From Candidatus Limnocylindrus sp. (GTDB taxonomy: Bacteria > Chloroflexota > Limnocylindria > Limnocylindrales > Limnocylindraceae), in contig JBBAWP010000005.1 in the NCBI GenBank assembly GCA_040397155.1, positions 1-44,330 on the forward strand: a stretch of DNA of 44,330 nucleotides, written 5' to 3'. Positions 17,918 through 27,479 of this stretch are shown piece by piece (positions within the stretch are counted from its first letter, which is position 1; every line of letters begins with the position of its first letter). The position numbers and the translations under genes are program-made. The notes beneath the pieces are model-generated. The model searched no databases and was not told where the DNA came from. It was given only the letters and a program-made list of their open reading frames with translations.

Positions 17918-19258
17918 ATGAGTCTCGTAAAGAGCATTCGCGTCAGCATCGCCCTCGCCCTCGCGCTCACCGTGAGCGTCAGTGGCGTTGCGTACGCAGC
18001 TGACCCATCCATCGACGCGAACGCGGCCGGAAAGATTGAAGGCTCCGGCGCAACATTCCCTTGGAACCAGTACACAGACTGGTTCAGGTCCTTCACCGAT
18101 GAGAACACCGAAGCGACTGCGGTCACAACCGGCACGTCGCGCGCGCAGTTCCACTCAAGCAACTCCACAGCTAGCTTGGTGTTGAACTACACTGGTGGTG
18201 GTTCGGGAGCTGGAATCAATAACTTCTTCGGCTCATCACGCAGGGCACCCACCCAGATGTTCTCTGGATCAGACTCGGTGCTTTCAAGCTCTCAGCGTGC
18301 GTCAATCGCAGCAACCGACATCGGATCAAAGTACTCGGTGATCCCAGCGATCACTGGTCCACTCTCGATTGTCTATCGAGTTGATGGCCTAAAGACGACT
18401 GGAGGGGCCGCAGCAACGCTGCGACTTGACGGTTCTGTGGTCTGCGGCATCTACCTCGGCACGATTAAGAAGTGGAACGACGCAAAGATCAAGGCGTTGA
18501 ATCCATCCGTAGCAAACCTGCCAAATGCAAACATCAATGTGGTCGGGCGCTCCGATACGTCTGGCACCACGTTCGTGTTTGCTTCATATCTAGGCAAGGC
18601 ATCAACCGCTGCGCAGAAGAACTGTGGCTACCACAGCAACTTCACTTCATCGACAGAGGCAAATCTCAATGACGCAGCTGGTACATTCCTGCCCGCCCAA
18701 ACACAGCCAGGAACGTACTTTGCGGCGATTCGCACGGCCAACGGCGCCGCGGCGATCACCGGAAAGCCAGGGAACGGCGGTATTGCACCGTACGTGAAGG
18801 CGACCAACCTTTCAATCTCGTACGTCGAGTCGTCATATGCCACGAAGTATGGCTTGAAGGAGGCTGCACTCGCAGCGAAGACGAAGCGCGGCGCTACAAC
18901 GGTATACCTGAAGCCGACCAGTGCCACAGTAAGTTCCGCGCTGAAGAGCGCGGTGACTGGCGAGGATCCGATCAATCCAACCACGAGCTTCGTTCACCCG
19001 GTGTACGCGGCTGGCGTGAACTCATACCCAATCGTGGGCTACTCGTGGTGGCTGATCTATCACGAGTATGACAATGCAGCTGGAACGACCCTTGGACAGG
19101 TTCAAGGGATGGTTGCGTTCATGGAGTGGGCGCTCACCGATGGACAGAAGTCCACGTACCTCTACAAGGGGTACTCAGCAGTTCCGGCAGTGGCTCGAAC
19201 GAAGGCCATTGCCGAGCTAAAGAAGGTTACGTTCAACGGAGTATCCGTCTGGCCGTGA
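17918..19258 (+). CDS. pstS: Phosphate ABC transporter substrate-binding protein
   Basis: IEGSGATFP, YTGGGSGAG, FSGSD, WND..I.ALNP, RSDTSGTT, YPIVGYSW; RBS AGGAG before ATG 17918; signal peptide ending AYA. Confidence 0.92.
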   Translation: MSLVKSIRVSIALALALTVSVSGVAYAADPSIDANAAGKIEGSGATFPWNQYTDWFRSFTDENTEATAVTTGTSRAQFHSSNSTASLVLNYTGGGSGAGINNFFGSSRRAPTQMFSGSDSVLSSSQRASIAATDIGSKYSVIPAITGPLSIVYRVDGLKTTGGAAATLRLDGSVVCGIYLGTIKKWNDAKIKALNPSVANLPNANINVVGRSDTSGTTFVFASYLGKASTAAQKNCGYHSNFTSSTEANLNDAAGTFLPAQTQPGTYFAAIRTANGAAAITGKPGNGGIAPYVKATNLSISYVESSYATKYGLKEAALAAKTKRGATTVYLKPTSATVSSALKSAVTGEDPINPTTSFVHPVYAAGVNSYPIVGYSWWLIYHEYDNAAGTTLGQVQGMVAFMEWALTDGQKSTYLYKGYSAVPAVARTKAIAELKKVTFNGVSVWP

Positions 19259-19277
19259 TCTGAGTCTGTTCTGACAG

Positions 19278-19313
19278 ACGCTGGGGGTGGACCTGGAGGT
19301 CCGCCCCCAGCGT
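19278..19313 (+). other. 16-bp stem-loop between pstS and pstC (3' stabiliser or partial terminator of pstS mRNA)
   Basis: ACGCTGGGGGTGGACC-tgga-GGTCCGCCCCCAGCGT with one G-U pair; followed by attctct. Confidence 0.7.
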
Positions 19314-19365
19314 ATTCTCTGGCTAATCAGGTCCATGTAACGGAATAACGAGGAGGAGTTCAACC

Positions 19366-20346
19366 TTGACGACACTTGATCTCCACCAGGCTCGCGCAAA
19401 TCAGGCAGATCCGTTCTTCCGGCGAGCATTCGGGGCAGCCGCTGCCTTGGGTGGCCTCCTCCTCCTGGTGATCACTGGCTATCTGATTACCAACACCCTC
19501 CCCCTCTGGGCCATCCAGAGTCCGTTCAGTTTCATCAGCACGACGGCATGGATTACGGGCATTGAGCAAGCAGACGGCAGTACCCTTGAGGTCTACGGCG
19601 CGGCATCTGCGCTTTTTGGAACGGCGGCGTCGAGCATGATCGCCGTGCTTTTTGCAGCACCAATCGGCATTCTTGGAGCCATCTATTTGGTTGAATTCGC
19701 GCCGAAGCGTCTCGCAATTCCACTAACCTTCCTTGTGGAGCTCATCGCCGCGATCCCATCGGTTGTGTTCGGCCTCTGGGCGCTCGGCGACCTTTCTATT
19801 CGACTTCGTGACTCTATTGAGTGGTGGATCGCATCCACGCTCGGTCAAGTAATCCCGTGGCTCTCGGAAGATCCTGGTTCACCTGCCGCGGACAGCGTGT
19901 TTCGCGCAGGGTTCCTTCTCGCGATCATGATCTTGCCGATGATCGTTGCCGTCAGCCGTGAGTTCCTTCGCTCGGTCCCCATCTCGTTGCGTGAAGGCTA
20001 TATCGGCATGGGCGCCACCAAATGGGAAGCGATCCGCAACGTTGTTGTCCCGACCGCTCGGGTAGGACTTATTGGTGCAGTGCTGCTCGCTCTTGGACGC
20101 GCGATCGGTGAGACAATTGCAGTCACGATGGTGATTGGCAATGCCGAAGGGATTCCAGGAAGCCTCTTCCTGCCGGGGAACAGCGTAGCCGCGAAGATTG
20201 CGAGTAACCTCGGTGAGGCGGGGACAGAGATCCAACTCTCAGCGCTAGTTGCCCTGGGGCTTGCGCTCTTCCTACTCTCGTTTGTCATCAGCTTGGTTGT
20301 TCGAATCTCGCTTCGCAGATTTTCGGCGATCAAGGCGGTCTCGTGA
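19366..20346 (+). CDS. pstC: Phosphate ABC transporter permease
   Basis: ELIAAIPSVVFGLW, LAIMILP, LREG..GMGATKWE, LGRAIGETIAVTMVIGN; TTG start with RBS GAGGAG. Confidence 0.95.
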   Translation: MTTLDLHQARANQADPFFRRAFGAAAALGGLLLLVITGYLITNTLPLWAIQSPFSFISTTAWITGIEQADGSTLEVYGAASALFGTAASSMIAVLFAAPIGILGAIYLVEFAPKRLAIPLTFLVELIAAIPSVVFGLWALGDLSIRLRDSIEWWIASTLGQVIPWLSEDPGSPAADSVFRAGFLLAIMILPMIVAVSREFLRSVPISLREGYIGMGATKWEAIRNVVVPTARVGLIGAVLLALGRAIGETIAVTMVIGNAEGIPGSLFLPGNSVAAKIASNLGEAGTEIQLSALVALGLALFLLSFVISLVVRISLRRFSAIKAVS

Positions 20347-21218
20347 GTCGGCCAGCGGTGACCGTGCGCGAGGCGCTCCTTGAGCCTGGAGCACGTGACC
20401 TAAGGCGAGCGCGCACTGATTGGATCATGCGGCGAGTGGTTGAGTTCGCCGCCTTCCTTGCAGTCCTGCCTCTCTTTGCACTGGTCCTCTTCGTCACCTT
20501 GCGCGCACTGCCGTGGCTGAGTCCAGAATTCTTCTTCAACAATCCGCTCGACGCCCAGCCAGGAATCTTCAACGCGATCATTGGCTCGCTCCAGATGTCC
20601 GCGCTCGCCCTCCTGATCACTGGACCGATCGGCATTGCGGGTGGCGTCTATCTGAGTGAGTTTGCTTCGCCTCGCGTTTCCTCCATTGGAGAGATGGTGA
20701 TCGACATCTTGCTTGGCATTCCGAGCATCGTGGCAGGGCTCTTCGCATTCCTCCTGCTGGTTCCAATCCTCGGGTTCTCTGGTTGGGCCGGTTCGCTCGC
20801 ACTGAGTGTGCTGACGCTTCCAATTGTGATGCGCACCACGCAGGAGGTGATGCGACTCGTCCCACCGTCCATTCGCGAAGCGTCACTCGCGCTCGGAATT
20901 CCAGTCTGGCGCACCACACTCCTCGTCACCCTTCGTACCGCGCTCCCTGGGGTCCTGACCGGACTCGTGCTGGCTGCAAGCCGCGCACTCGGGGAGACGG
21001 CGCCGCTGATCATGACGGCAAAAGGGACGAACGCATCGAACTTCCTCGACTTTGGCACCACGATGAATGCGATGCCGCTCGTGATCTTCAGGTATGCGGA
21101 GGCGGCGGATGATCGGACGATTGGGCAGGCGTGGGCGACTGCGCTGGTGCTGATGGTGATCGCCCTTGCCTTAAATGTGATCGTGCGATGGCGCACCATT
21201 GATAGCCGGGTGGCATGA
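20343..21218 (+). CDS. pstA: Phosphate ABC transporter permease
   Basis: [34 protein letters not shown]...[10 protein letters not shown]. Confidence 0.95.
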   Translation: MSRPAVTVREALLEPGARDLRRARTDWIMRRVVEFAAFLAVLPLFALVLFVTLRALPWLSPEFFFNNPLDAQPGIFNAIIGSLQMSALALLITGPIGIAGGVYLSEFASPRVSSIGEMVIDILLGIPSIVAGLFAFLLLVPILGFSGWAGSLALSVLTLPIVMRTTQEVMRLVPPSIREASLALGIPVWRTTLLVTLRTALPGVLTGLVLAASRALGETAPLIMTAKGTNASNFLDFGTTMNAMPLVIFRYAEAADDRTIGQAWATALVLMVIALALNVIVRWRTIDSRVA

Positions 21219-21219
21219 A

Positions 21220-22116
21220 ATGACAGGGTCAGAAAGGGATGAGAACATGTTGAGCGTGTCGAGCAAGAAGACGAATCGCAAGGGTGCTGCCACCGAGAGC
21301 GCTGGAGAGGTGCAGCCTCACACCCAGGAGGCCGAGGTCGCGGTGAGCGGAGCGGTCAGCTTGACGAACGTGGAGGCCTTCTACGGCGCATTCCGTGCGG
21401 TCAACAACGTCTCCCTTGAAGTGCAGCCACGCGCGGTCACCGCGCTGATCGGGCCTTCAGGGTGTGGAAAGTCCACGCTGCTGCGCACGATCAACCGAAT
21501 GCACGAGACACTTCCTGGAGCCAGGGTGCAAGGCTCCATCACACTCGACGGGATTGATCTCTACGACCGCGAGGTAGACGCCGTGCGGGTTCGCCGCGTG
21601 ATCGGCATGGTCTTCCAGAAGCCAAATCCCTTCCCCACGATGTCAATCTACGAGAACGTTGCCGCAGGTCTGCGCCTCCTCGGACGCACGCCGAAGTCGG
21701 AGCTTGACGGCGTCGTTGAAGCATCGCTACGCCGCGCCGCGCTATGGGACGAGGTGAAGGAGAAGCTCAAGCAGCCTGGAACTTCGCTCTCTGGCGGACA
21801 GCAGCAGCGACTCTGTATCGCACGAGCAGTCGCCGTGCAGCCACGCGTGCTCTTGATGGATGAGCCATGTTCCGCACTTGATCCAGTGGCAACACTGAAG
21901 ATTGAAGATCTCATTCGCGAGTTGGCTGCGGAGTACACCATTGTCATCGTCACGCACAACATGCAGCAGGCGTCTCGAGTCTCCGACTCCACCGCCTTCT
22001 TCTCCATGGATGAGAACCGCGCGGGGTACCTGGTGGAAACGGGTCCAACGACCACAATCTTCACCGCACCAAAGGAGTCGCTGACCGAAAGCTACGTCGC
22101 AGGTCGATTCGGGTGA
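21220..22116 (+). CDS. pstB: Phosphate ABC transporter ATPase (start could be 21247)
   Basis: [62 protein letters not shown]. Confidence 0.96.
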   Translation: MTGSERDENMLSVSSKKTNRKGAATESAGEVQPHTQEAEVAVSGAVSLTNVEAFYGAFRAVNNVSLEVQPRAVTALIGPSGCGKSTLLRTINRMHETLPGARVQGSITLDGIDLYDREVDAVRVRRVIGMVFQKPNPFPTMSIYENVAAGLRLLGRTPKSELDGVVEASLRRAALWDEVKEKLKQPGTSLSGGQQQRLCIARAVAVQPRVLLMDEPCSALDPVATLKIEDLIRELAAEYTIVIVTHNMQQASRVSDSTAFFSMDENRAGYLVETGPTTTIFTAPKESLTESYVAGRFG

Positions 22117-23270
22117 TTCGCGTCAGCGCGGCGGCACGCGTCGCCCTTGCACTCGTCCTAGTTGCGGCGTGCCGACCGCCTGTAGGCGGAAGCGCCGAAC
22201 CGAGTGCCAGCTCAATCGCTGGTGATCTTGTTCCATCTCGTGACATTGCTGTTGCGATCCACCTGCCCGGAGCCCCAGACGCACTCGCCTCCGCTATCAC
22301 GAACGCAGCTGGATCAGAGTCAATTGCGGGAGCAGGAGTACAGGTAGAGATTGTGCTGCCATATGCGGGCGAGGATGCCTTTGCCGTTCGCGAGCGTGAT
22401 GGTCAGACAGATATCTTCTTCGCCACGCCGGCCGCTGCGCTCGTTGCGCGCGAGGCGGGAAACGATCTCGTGATGATTGCGGGACTCCAGCGAACTGCTG
22501 GGATGCAGTTGGCGGTACTCCCGAAAGGTCCTGCATCACTCGAGGAAGTCGCCACTGGGACAATCCTTCTTCAGGGGCGCCCTGGCGACGAAGCCCCACT
22601 ATTGGCGCAACTCGACGAGGCTGGGGTTGATCGAAGTGCACTTGAAATCGCGTACGCGGAGGACCCGTCTTCACCGTTCGACCTCTTTGGTCTATTTGAC
22701 GAGACGTACGTTGCCGCTGCCGTTACGAACTATGACGGCGCTGCACGCCTGCAAGAGTTCTACGATCTTGAGAGCGGGATTCCCGTTGGCCCAGAGGGAT
22801 CGCGGTTTGTTGCGGGCGTCGATGGCGACACTCTCTCCTTGGCCCCTGGAATGGCGATCTGGGCGCTGCGCTCCGCACTTGAGAGTGAAGACAATCGCAT
22901 CGCCATGGCGCTGACACTCATTGCGATCGCAGACGGCCTCGCAGGGTGTCGCGACGATGTCCCTGCCTGCGCGGTGGTACTTGAGGATTCAGCAATTGCC
23001 GATCGCTATGGCGACGGCCTCCTCTGGTCAATCAACGCGTTCAACGGCACGATGTGGCCAGCGCCGAGCGGTGCATTCACAATCGATGAGGCGGAACTGA
23101 CGCGGGCGGTTGACCAGGCGGTCGCTGTAGGCGTGGCGTCGGCCGCGCCACCGATCGCGGAGCTTGTGGACCGAAGCGTTCTCGACCTTGCGCTCCTGAA
23201 CCTCCCCGCCACCATTGATCTTGTGGGCGAGAGTTGGACACCGATTGAGGTCCTGCTGCCGCTCGAGTAG
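22113..23270 (+). CDS. Divergent ABC substrate-binding lipoprotein (NMT1/THI5/SsuA-like fold)
   Basis: Lipobox LVAAC; [21 protein letters not shown]....C, WSIN..N..MWP resemble NMT1-family binding proteins. Confidence 0.55.
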   Translation: MIRVSAAARVALALVLVAACRPPVGGSAEPSASSIAGDLVPSRDIAVAIHLPGAPDALASAITNAAGSESIAGAGVQVEIVLPYAGEDAFAVRERDGQTDIFFATPAAALVAREAGNDLVMIAGLQRTAGMQLAVLPKGPASLEEVATGTILLQGRPGDEAPLLAQLDEAGVDRSALEIAYAEDPSSPFDLFGLFDETYVAAAVTNYDGAARLQEFYDLESGIPVGPEGSRFVAGVDGDTLSLAPGMAIWALRSALESEDNRIAMALTLIAIADGLAGCRDDVPACAVVLEDSAIADRYGDGLLWSINAFNGTMWPAPSGAFTIDEAELTRAVDQAVAVGVASAAPPIAELVDRSVLDLALLNLPATIDLVGESWTPIEVLLPLE

Positions 23271-23324
23271 TCGCTGGACGCTTCCTGGCGTTACGCGAGA
23301 TTTCTACCTTCGGAGCCCCGATGC

Positions 23325-23909
23325 TTACGGGAGGACGACGTGGCAGGCGCGGCATCGCGCCTCGTAGGTCTCATCGCCCCCCATGCCACCAATGACAATC
23401 AGTTCGTCACTCACGCTCGCCGGCTGTCCGTTACGCATGCGCTGCGTTCGCGTCGCCTCACCACCACACTTGACGCAGATTGCGGTGAGCTTGGTGACTT
23501 CGTCAGCGCGCGCGAGTAGTTCAGGAATCGTGGCGAATGGCCGACCAGCAAAGTCCTGGTCAAGCCCACTGACGATTACGGTACGAGGGCCTGCAACGAG
23601 CTCTTCAATGATCGCGGGGAGGTCTGATCCAAAGAACTGCGCCTCTTCAATCGCCACCGCGTCTGGATCTCGCGCGAGCACTTCGTCGCGGAGTGACGTG
23701 GCGTCCTTGGCAACAACGCTCGGGAAGCGCGTCCCCGTCCGGCTCACGACCTCTCCGGGCGCAACACGGGTATCGCGGGCTGGGGTGATCAGCAGGACGC
23801 TCTGGCCAGCGATCTCGCGGCGGCTCAGGAGGCGCACGACCTCAGCCGTCTTGCCGCTGCTCATGCAGCCGGCAATCACGTGAAGCCAGGGAATTCGCGT
23901 TGAAGCCAT
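23325..23909 (-). CDS. tdk: Thymidine kinase
   Basis: GCMSSGKT, IEEAQFF, SGLDQDF.G.PF, KLTAICVKCG, YEARCRACH. Confidence 0.95.
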   Translation of the reverse strand: MASTRIPWLHVIAGCMSSGKTAEVVRLLSRREIAGQSVLLITPARDTRVAPGEVVSRTGTRFPSVVAKDATSLRDEVLARDPDAVAIEEAQFFGSDLPAIIEELVAGPRTVIVSGLDQDFAGRPFATIPELLARADEVTKLTAICVKCGGEATRTQRMRNGQPASVSDELIVIGGMGGDETYEARCRACHVVLP

Positions 23910-23919
23910 CGGCCAGAGT

Positions 23920-24684
23920 CTAGCGGAGCCCGTCTGACGCGGCTTGATCCACTAGCCAGGTGGACGTGTCGGTCAGTGCAGCCTTAGCAGGAAAATCAGT
24001 GATCGTGGAGCCAGTCTTCATGATTGACGTTAGTGCATTGAGTTTTCCTGAACCAACGACACTCACGCAAACTGAGCGTGCGCTTGCAAGAATCCCAATG
24101 GAGAACGTTAATCGCGACACATGGGGCTCAATGTGAGTTGGCGCTTCCACCGGAGATGCAACCGGCGCACCTTCTCGGGCTAGGCTAGAGCCGGGGAACA
24201 CACTCAAGCAGTGTCCATCTGAACCGACTCCAATCATCACGATGTCAAAGATAGGGAACCCCTCGGCGTTCAGAGGTACCTGGAACTCAACTAGTTCATT
24301 GAGGTACGAATTCACTGCAGCTGGTCCTGGCAGTTGAGTCGGCCAGGCATGTACCTGTACTCCGAAGCTATCTGCGGAGGTCTTCGCAGCCGTGGGCAGA
24401 AGGAGCAATTCATCCACAAGCGATGCATTGGAAAGCGGGTCGGCTCGATCCACATGTCGCTCGTCACCAAACCAAATATGTGTCTTGCTCCATGGCATTT
24501 GGGACGATAGCCTCGAATCACGCATTGCGGCGTAGAGCGCCGCAGGAGTGCTCCCGCCAGTCGCGCACCAGTGAAAAATGCCGCGAGCCGTAACGGATTG
24601 CGTAGCAGCCGCTATCACCAGGTCAGCCGCCGCTAGGGCGACCGCCTTGGCGTCTTCTACAACGATGACGTGTGGCCCGCTCAT
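23920..24684 (-). CDS. pgl: 6-phosphogluconolactonase
   Basis: TGGSTP, W.KTHIWFGDERHV, SN, FDIVMIGVGSDGH.LSVFPG, RLTFS, WLVD.AA. Confidence 0.92.
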   Translation of the reverse strand: MSGPHVIVVEDAKAVALAAADLVIAAATQSVTARGIFHWCATGGSTPAALYAAMRDSRLSSQMPWSKTHIWFGDERHVDRADPLSNASLVDELLLLPTAAKTSADSFGVQVHAWPTQLPGPAAVNSYLNELVEFQVPLNAEGFPIFDIVMIGVGSDGHCLSVFPGSSLAREGAPVASPVEAPTHIEPHVSRLTFSIGILASARSVCVSVVGSGKLNALTSIMKTGSTITDFPAKAALTDTSTWLVDQAASDGLR

Positions 24685-25856
24685 CCGACGAGTTGCGCGA
24701 ACGCGCGCAGGATAGATGGGGAGAGTGGATCAACCTCGCCAAGCTCAAGTGCCTGGCTGAGCAGTTCAGCGTCAGTGGCGCGCTTTGCTCGCAGCGTGCG
24801 CTCATGGACTGGTGTGCCGTTGATGGATGCGCGGACATGGGTGCTCTCGCCATCTGCGCGCACGCTGAGCTCCAACACGCCTCCGCGGCGCTCTGCGGTG
24901 ATGTGGAGGGCGAGCGTGGTTCCTGATCGGCCCGTATCCACCACTGGCTCGAGCGTGAGCGCGATGCGTCGTCCCTCTTCGTCAATCGCTGCACTCCATG
25001 TTCCAGCCTGGTTCTCAAGTGGTGCAGTGACACGCGCGTTCAGGCGTGAGGCGAGCCAGGCAAGGTGGTAGGTCGGCTTCACGACGTTTGCTGGGGCGGT
25101 GATGCTGCTCCCCGCGGAATACGTGGCACGGATCTTCGTGATCGCATGCAGATACGGAGCGACCTCTGGTTCGTCAAACGCGGAGGCAACCGCATCGCGC
25201 CAGCGTGCCTGGCGAATGAGTGAGAAGTCGCTGATCGCAGTGCCCGAGACACTTGAAAGGGTGATCAGGTCGCGTACAACCTCAATCCCAACCCCTTGCT
25301 GCTCAGCGCCGTTGATAAGGATTCGGTCAACGCCTCGTAGCAACTCCTTCAAGTCACGACTTGTTGGATCAACGGTGTGATCCCACCAAAGGAGAGTTGG
25401 AAGGTCATGCAGTGAGAGCTGAGGAACCATGCTGGAGAGGTGGCGCCCGGCTTCACCGCTCGCATCAATCCAGAGAAGCTCCGTGCACGCAGATGTGCCG
25501 TCGCCGCGAGGGGTGACCGCGCAGAAGATCTCAAGTCGCGCCTGAAAGGTGGGTGGTCCCTCTGGATCGCGCGGCACAATGAAGAGGGTGCGCGAAGGGT
25601 TTCTTGGGAGGCTTGTAAGTGAACTCGCCGCGCCAACCGCGCGCTCTTCACCCGGCGCCACCACGACGAGGTTCATGACGCCTGTGCGTACCGCGAGCGG
25701 TGTTGCTCCGTTGTCATCTGGTGATGTGTTGGCGCTGATCTGCTGACGCGACTCGGTGCTACTCCAGAGGCGCGCGAGGAGTGCGTCCGCCTCCGCAACG
25801 GAGTGTGCGGTGGACTTCCAGCGGAGCGTAGAGAGCTCTGCAGCGCTGAGATTCAT
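24681..25856 (-). CDS. opcA: Glucose-6-phosphate dehydrogenase assembly/activator protein OpcA
   Basis: MNLVVV, PSR.L, DLPTLLWW, SDFS..R...WR..VA.AFD, LAWLASRL; located between zwf and pgl. Confidence 0.85.
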   Translation of the reverse strand: MNLSAAELSTLRWKSTAHSVAEADALLARLWSSTESRQQISANTSPDDNGATPLAVRTGVMNLVVVAPGEERAVGAASSLTSLPRNPSRTLFIVPRDPEGPPTFQARLEIFCAVTPRGDGTSACTELLWIDASGEAGRHLSSMVPQLSLHDLPTLLWWDHTVDPTSRDLKELLRGVDRILINGAEQQGVGIEVVRDLITLSSVSGTAISDFSLIRQARWRDAVASAFDEPEVAPYLHAITKIRATYSAGSSITAPANVVKPTYHLAWLASRLNARVTAPLENQAGTWSAAIDEEGRRIALTLEPVVDTGRSGTTLALHITAERRGGVLELSVRADGESTHVRASINGTPVHERTLRAKRATDAELLSQALELGEVDPLSPSILRAFAQLVG

Positions 25857-25862
25857 TGGGCG

Positions 25863-27479
25863 CTACAACCTGCGCCAGCGACGCCCCTCGCGGGTGAGGA
25901 GCGCATCGGCGGCATCTGGGCCCCACGTCCCTGCGGCGTAATTGGGGAGTGCTGGTTCAGTGCCGGCGAGCCAGGACTCCATGATCGGATCCACAATCCG
26001 CCAGGCGGCCTCCACTTCGTCGGCACGCGTGAAGAGCGACGCATCTCCGAGGAGAGCGTCCAGGATGAGCGTCTCATACGCGTCAGGACTCTCTACTGAG
26101 AAGGCGGAACCATAGGCGAAGTCCATGTTCACCGAACGCACATCGGTGCCTAGTCCTGGCACCTTGGCGGCGAATCGCAGCAAGATCCCTTCGTCCGGCT
26201 GAATGCGAATCACGAGCATGTTTGGCTCTGGCGTATCGCCAGTTGGCGAGAAGAGGCGCTGCGGAACATCCTTGAATTGGATGGCAATCTCCGTCGCGCG
26301 CTTCGGGAGGCGCTTCCCGGCTCGCAGATAGAAGGGGACGCCCGCCCAGCGCCAGTCATCAATCTCAAATCGAGCGGCGACGAATGTCTCAGTCTCTGAT
26401 GCAGCATCCACCTCAGGCTCGCTTCGGTATCCGGCCACCTCGGCGGCGCCGATCCACCCTGGCCCGTATTGGCCGCGCACGACGTGTTCATCAACCGTAT
26501 CGGTGTTCAGGAGACGGACGGCGCGGAGCACCTTCACCTTCTCGTCGCGGAGGGCCTCCGCATCAAGCGTGGCGGGTGGCTCCATTGCAACGAGTGTGAG
26601 GAGCTGGAGGAGGTGGTTCTGCAAGATGTCACGGAGCGCCCCCGTCTCTTCGTAGAATGCGCCACGCCCCTCAACGCCGATTGACTCTGCCACGGTGATT
26701 TGAATGTGGTCGATGTATCGACGATGCCAGATCGGTTCAAAGATGAGGTTGCCGAAGCGGAAGATCAAGATGTTGCGAACGGTCTCTTTGCCGAGGTAGT
26801 GGTCAATGCGGTAGACCTGACTCTCGCGGAAGACCTTGCCAACCTCACGGTTGAGCTTCACTGCGGAATCAAGGTCGCGACCGAAGGGCTTCTCAATGAC
26901 GACGCGTCGCCAGCCACCCTCACCCGTCTCGTGATCGAGCCCTGCAGCGCCGAGACCGCGGATGATCTCTGGGAATGATGAGGCTGGAGTTGCGAGATAG
27001 AAGAGGCGGTTCCCTCCCGTCCCAACGCTCGCGTCAATTGCATCAAGGTGTCGGCTCAGAGCGGCGTACGACTCGGGATCATCAAACGCACCCTTGACGT
27101 AGCTGATGCGCGCAGCAAACTCATTCCAGCGTGCCTCATCAATTGGCTTGACGCGAGCGTGCTTCTCGAGTGATGTACGCAGGTCAGTGCGCATCGTTGC
27201 ATCGGTTGCATCACGTCGCCCGAAGCAGACGAGGGCGAACTTCTCAGGAAGGAGATCGCCAGCCCAAAGGTGATACAAGGCTGGGACGACCTTGCGATGT
27301 GCGAGGTCGCCGGTTGCTCCGAAGAGCACCACGACGTTTGGGTCAGGGACGCGCTCAATGCGCAGGCCTGAGCGAAGCGGATTCGCCTTGCTTCGCTTCG
27401 GCGTTACCTTTTTTCCTGCGCGTGCAATGCGGAGGTTGCGGATGGTTCCGCCGCCCTCGCCCGCCTTTCCACTCTTCAC
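25863..27479 (-). CDS. zwf: Glucose-6-phosphate 1-dehydrogenase
   Basis: FGATGDLA.RK, IEKPFG, RIDHYLGKE, RDILQNHLLQ, RWAGVPFYLR.GK, AYE.L, Y..GTWGP. Confidence 0.97.
   Translation of the reverse strand: MKSGKAGEGGGTIRNLRIARAGKKVTPKRSKANPLRSGLRIERVPDPNVVVLFGATGDLAHRKVVPALYHLWAGDLLPEKFALVCFGRRDATDATMRTDLRTSLEKHARVKPIDEARWNEFAARISYVKGAFDDPESYAALSRHLDAIDASVGTGGNRLFYLATPASSFPEIIRGLGAAGLDHETGEGGWRRVVIEKPFGRDLDSAVKLNREVGKVFRESQVYRIDHYLGKETVRNILIFRFGNLIFEPIWHRRYIDHIQITVAESIGVEGRGAFYEETGALRDILQNHLLQLLTLVAMEPPATLDAEALRDEKVKVLRAVRLLNTDTVDEHVVRGQYGPGWIGAAEVAGYRSEPEVDAASETETFVAARFEIDDWRWAGVPFYLRAGKRLPKRATEIAIQFKDVPQRLFSPTGDTPEPNMLVIRIQPDEGILLRFAAKVPGLGTDVRSVNMDFAYGSAFSVESPDAYETLILDALLGDASLFTRADEVEAAWRIVDPIMESWLAGTEPALPNYAAGTWGPDAADALLTREGRRWRRL

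Noticed and set aside
16954-18003. 349-aa Arg-rich alternative-frame ORF over the DMT gene
   Set aside because: Composition expected from frame-shifted Leu/Ala/Val/Gly codons; it would also overlap the Pho boxes and the pstS start.
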